DNA of 64,000 nucleotides from Burkholderiales bacterium (GTDB lineage Bacteria; Pseudomonadota; Gammaproteobacteria; Burkholderiales; Burkholderiaceae_C): NCBI GenBank assembly GCA_016702555.1, contig JADJDV010000001.1, positions 74,786 to 138,785 of the forward strand, read 5' to 3'. Shown piece by piece: positions 63,736 to 64,000 of this stretch (position 1 is its first letter; each line of letters starts with the position of its first letter). The notes under the pieces were generated by a model. It saw only the letters and a program-made list of their open reading frames with translations, ran no database searches and was not told where the DNA came from. The position numbers and the translations under genes were made by a program.

Positions 63736-63750
63736 CGACAAACTCTGTCG
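63736..63750. promoter_or_regulatory. Palindrome CGACA-N5-TGTCG upstream of the ATPase-WYL operon
   Basis: gcgacaaactctgtcga, about 45 nt upstream of the ATPase start. Confidence 0.5.
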
Positions 63751-64000
63751 ATGTCGGCAAGTGGCGGGCGGCCTGCCGAGTCCGCTGGTTGTGCTGATGG
63801 CACCCGCTGCGCAGCAGACCGCGACGGCGCGGCAGGTCGATGCGCTGCCGCTCTGACCATTGTCTTGACGGCTTCTTGCGCCTGCGGCGCAAGCACTGAA
63901 CGCGTTTTTCCTCGAACGTGCCGCCGCCTCAAGACGATCGGCCCGGTTCGCCACCAGCCTGCACGCCGGGCTCTAGAATTCAGGCTGTTTGCCGTTTTTC

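Noticed and set aside
63723-63932. 69-aa ORF upstream of the ATPase
   Set aside because: Low complexity, no RBS, and overlaps the probable promoter palindrome.

Overview
High-GC betaproteobacterial chromosome segment; gene content and order fit Burkholderiales, probably Comamonadaceae. Core genes: LysR/MFS, a PaaK-like ligase, phaC, an RND pump, rnhA-methyltransferase-gloB-mltD, recR-ybaB-dnaX-ffs, a full cbb3 oxidase cluster (ccoI-S-N-O-Q-P-G-H), a malonate cluster, lgt, ilvD, acs, fumC/fumA, murI, tRNA-Leu and uvrB. There are two accessory regions. (1) A decayed island just after the SRP RNA gene (about 20.3-28.5 kb). It holds an IS66 with an IS1380 nested in its tnpB, a split Ig-like ORF, and an IPTL-CTERM surface-protein gene split in its signal peptide by an IS3; all IS ends and target duplications are readable. 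(2) A lower-GC island upstream of uvrB running off the right edge (about 59-64 kb). It encodes an AAA+ ATPase-WYL regulator pair with a palindromic candidate operator, a secreted 6x23-aa Cys-repeat protein, a 6x~13-aa repeat protein and a UDG-fold-like protein. This is the best candidate for an undescribed system, possibly defence or DNA-damage related. Other highlights: CcoP fused to an OmpA-like peptidoglycan-binding domain, an A9 slippage run in dnaX with stops in both shifted frames, and a two-copy intergenic repeat. All protein assignments come from motif recognition by eye; no database searches were run.
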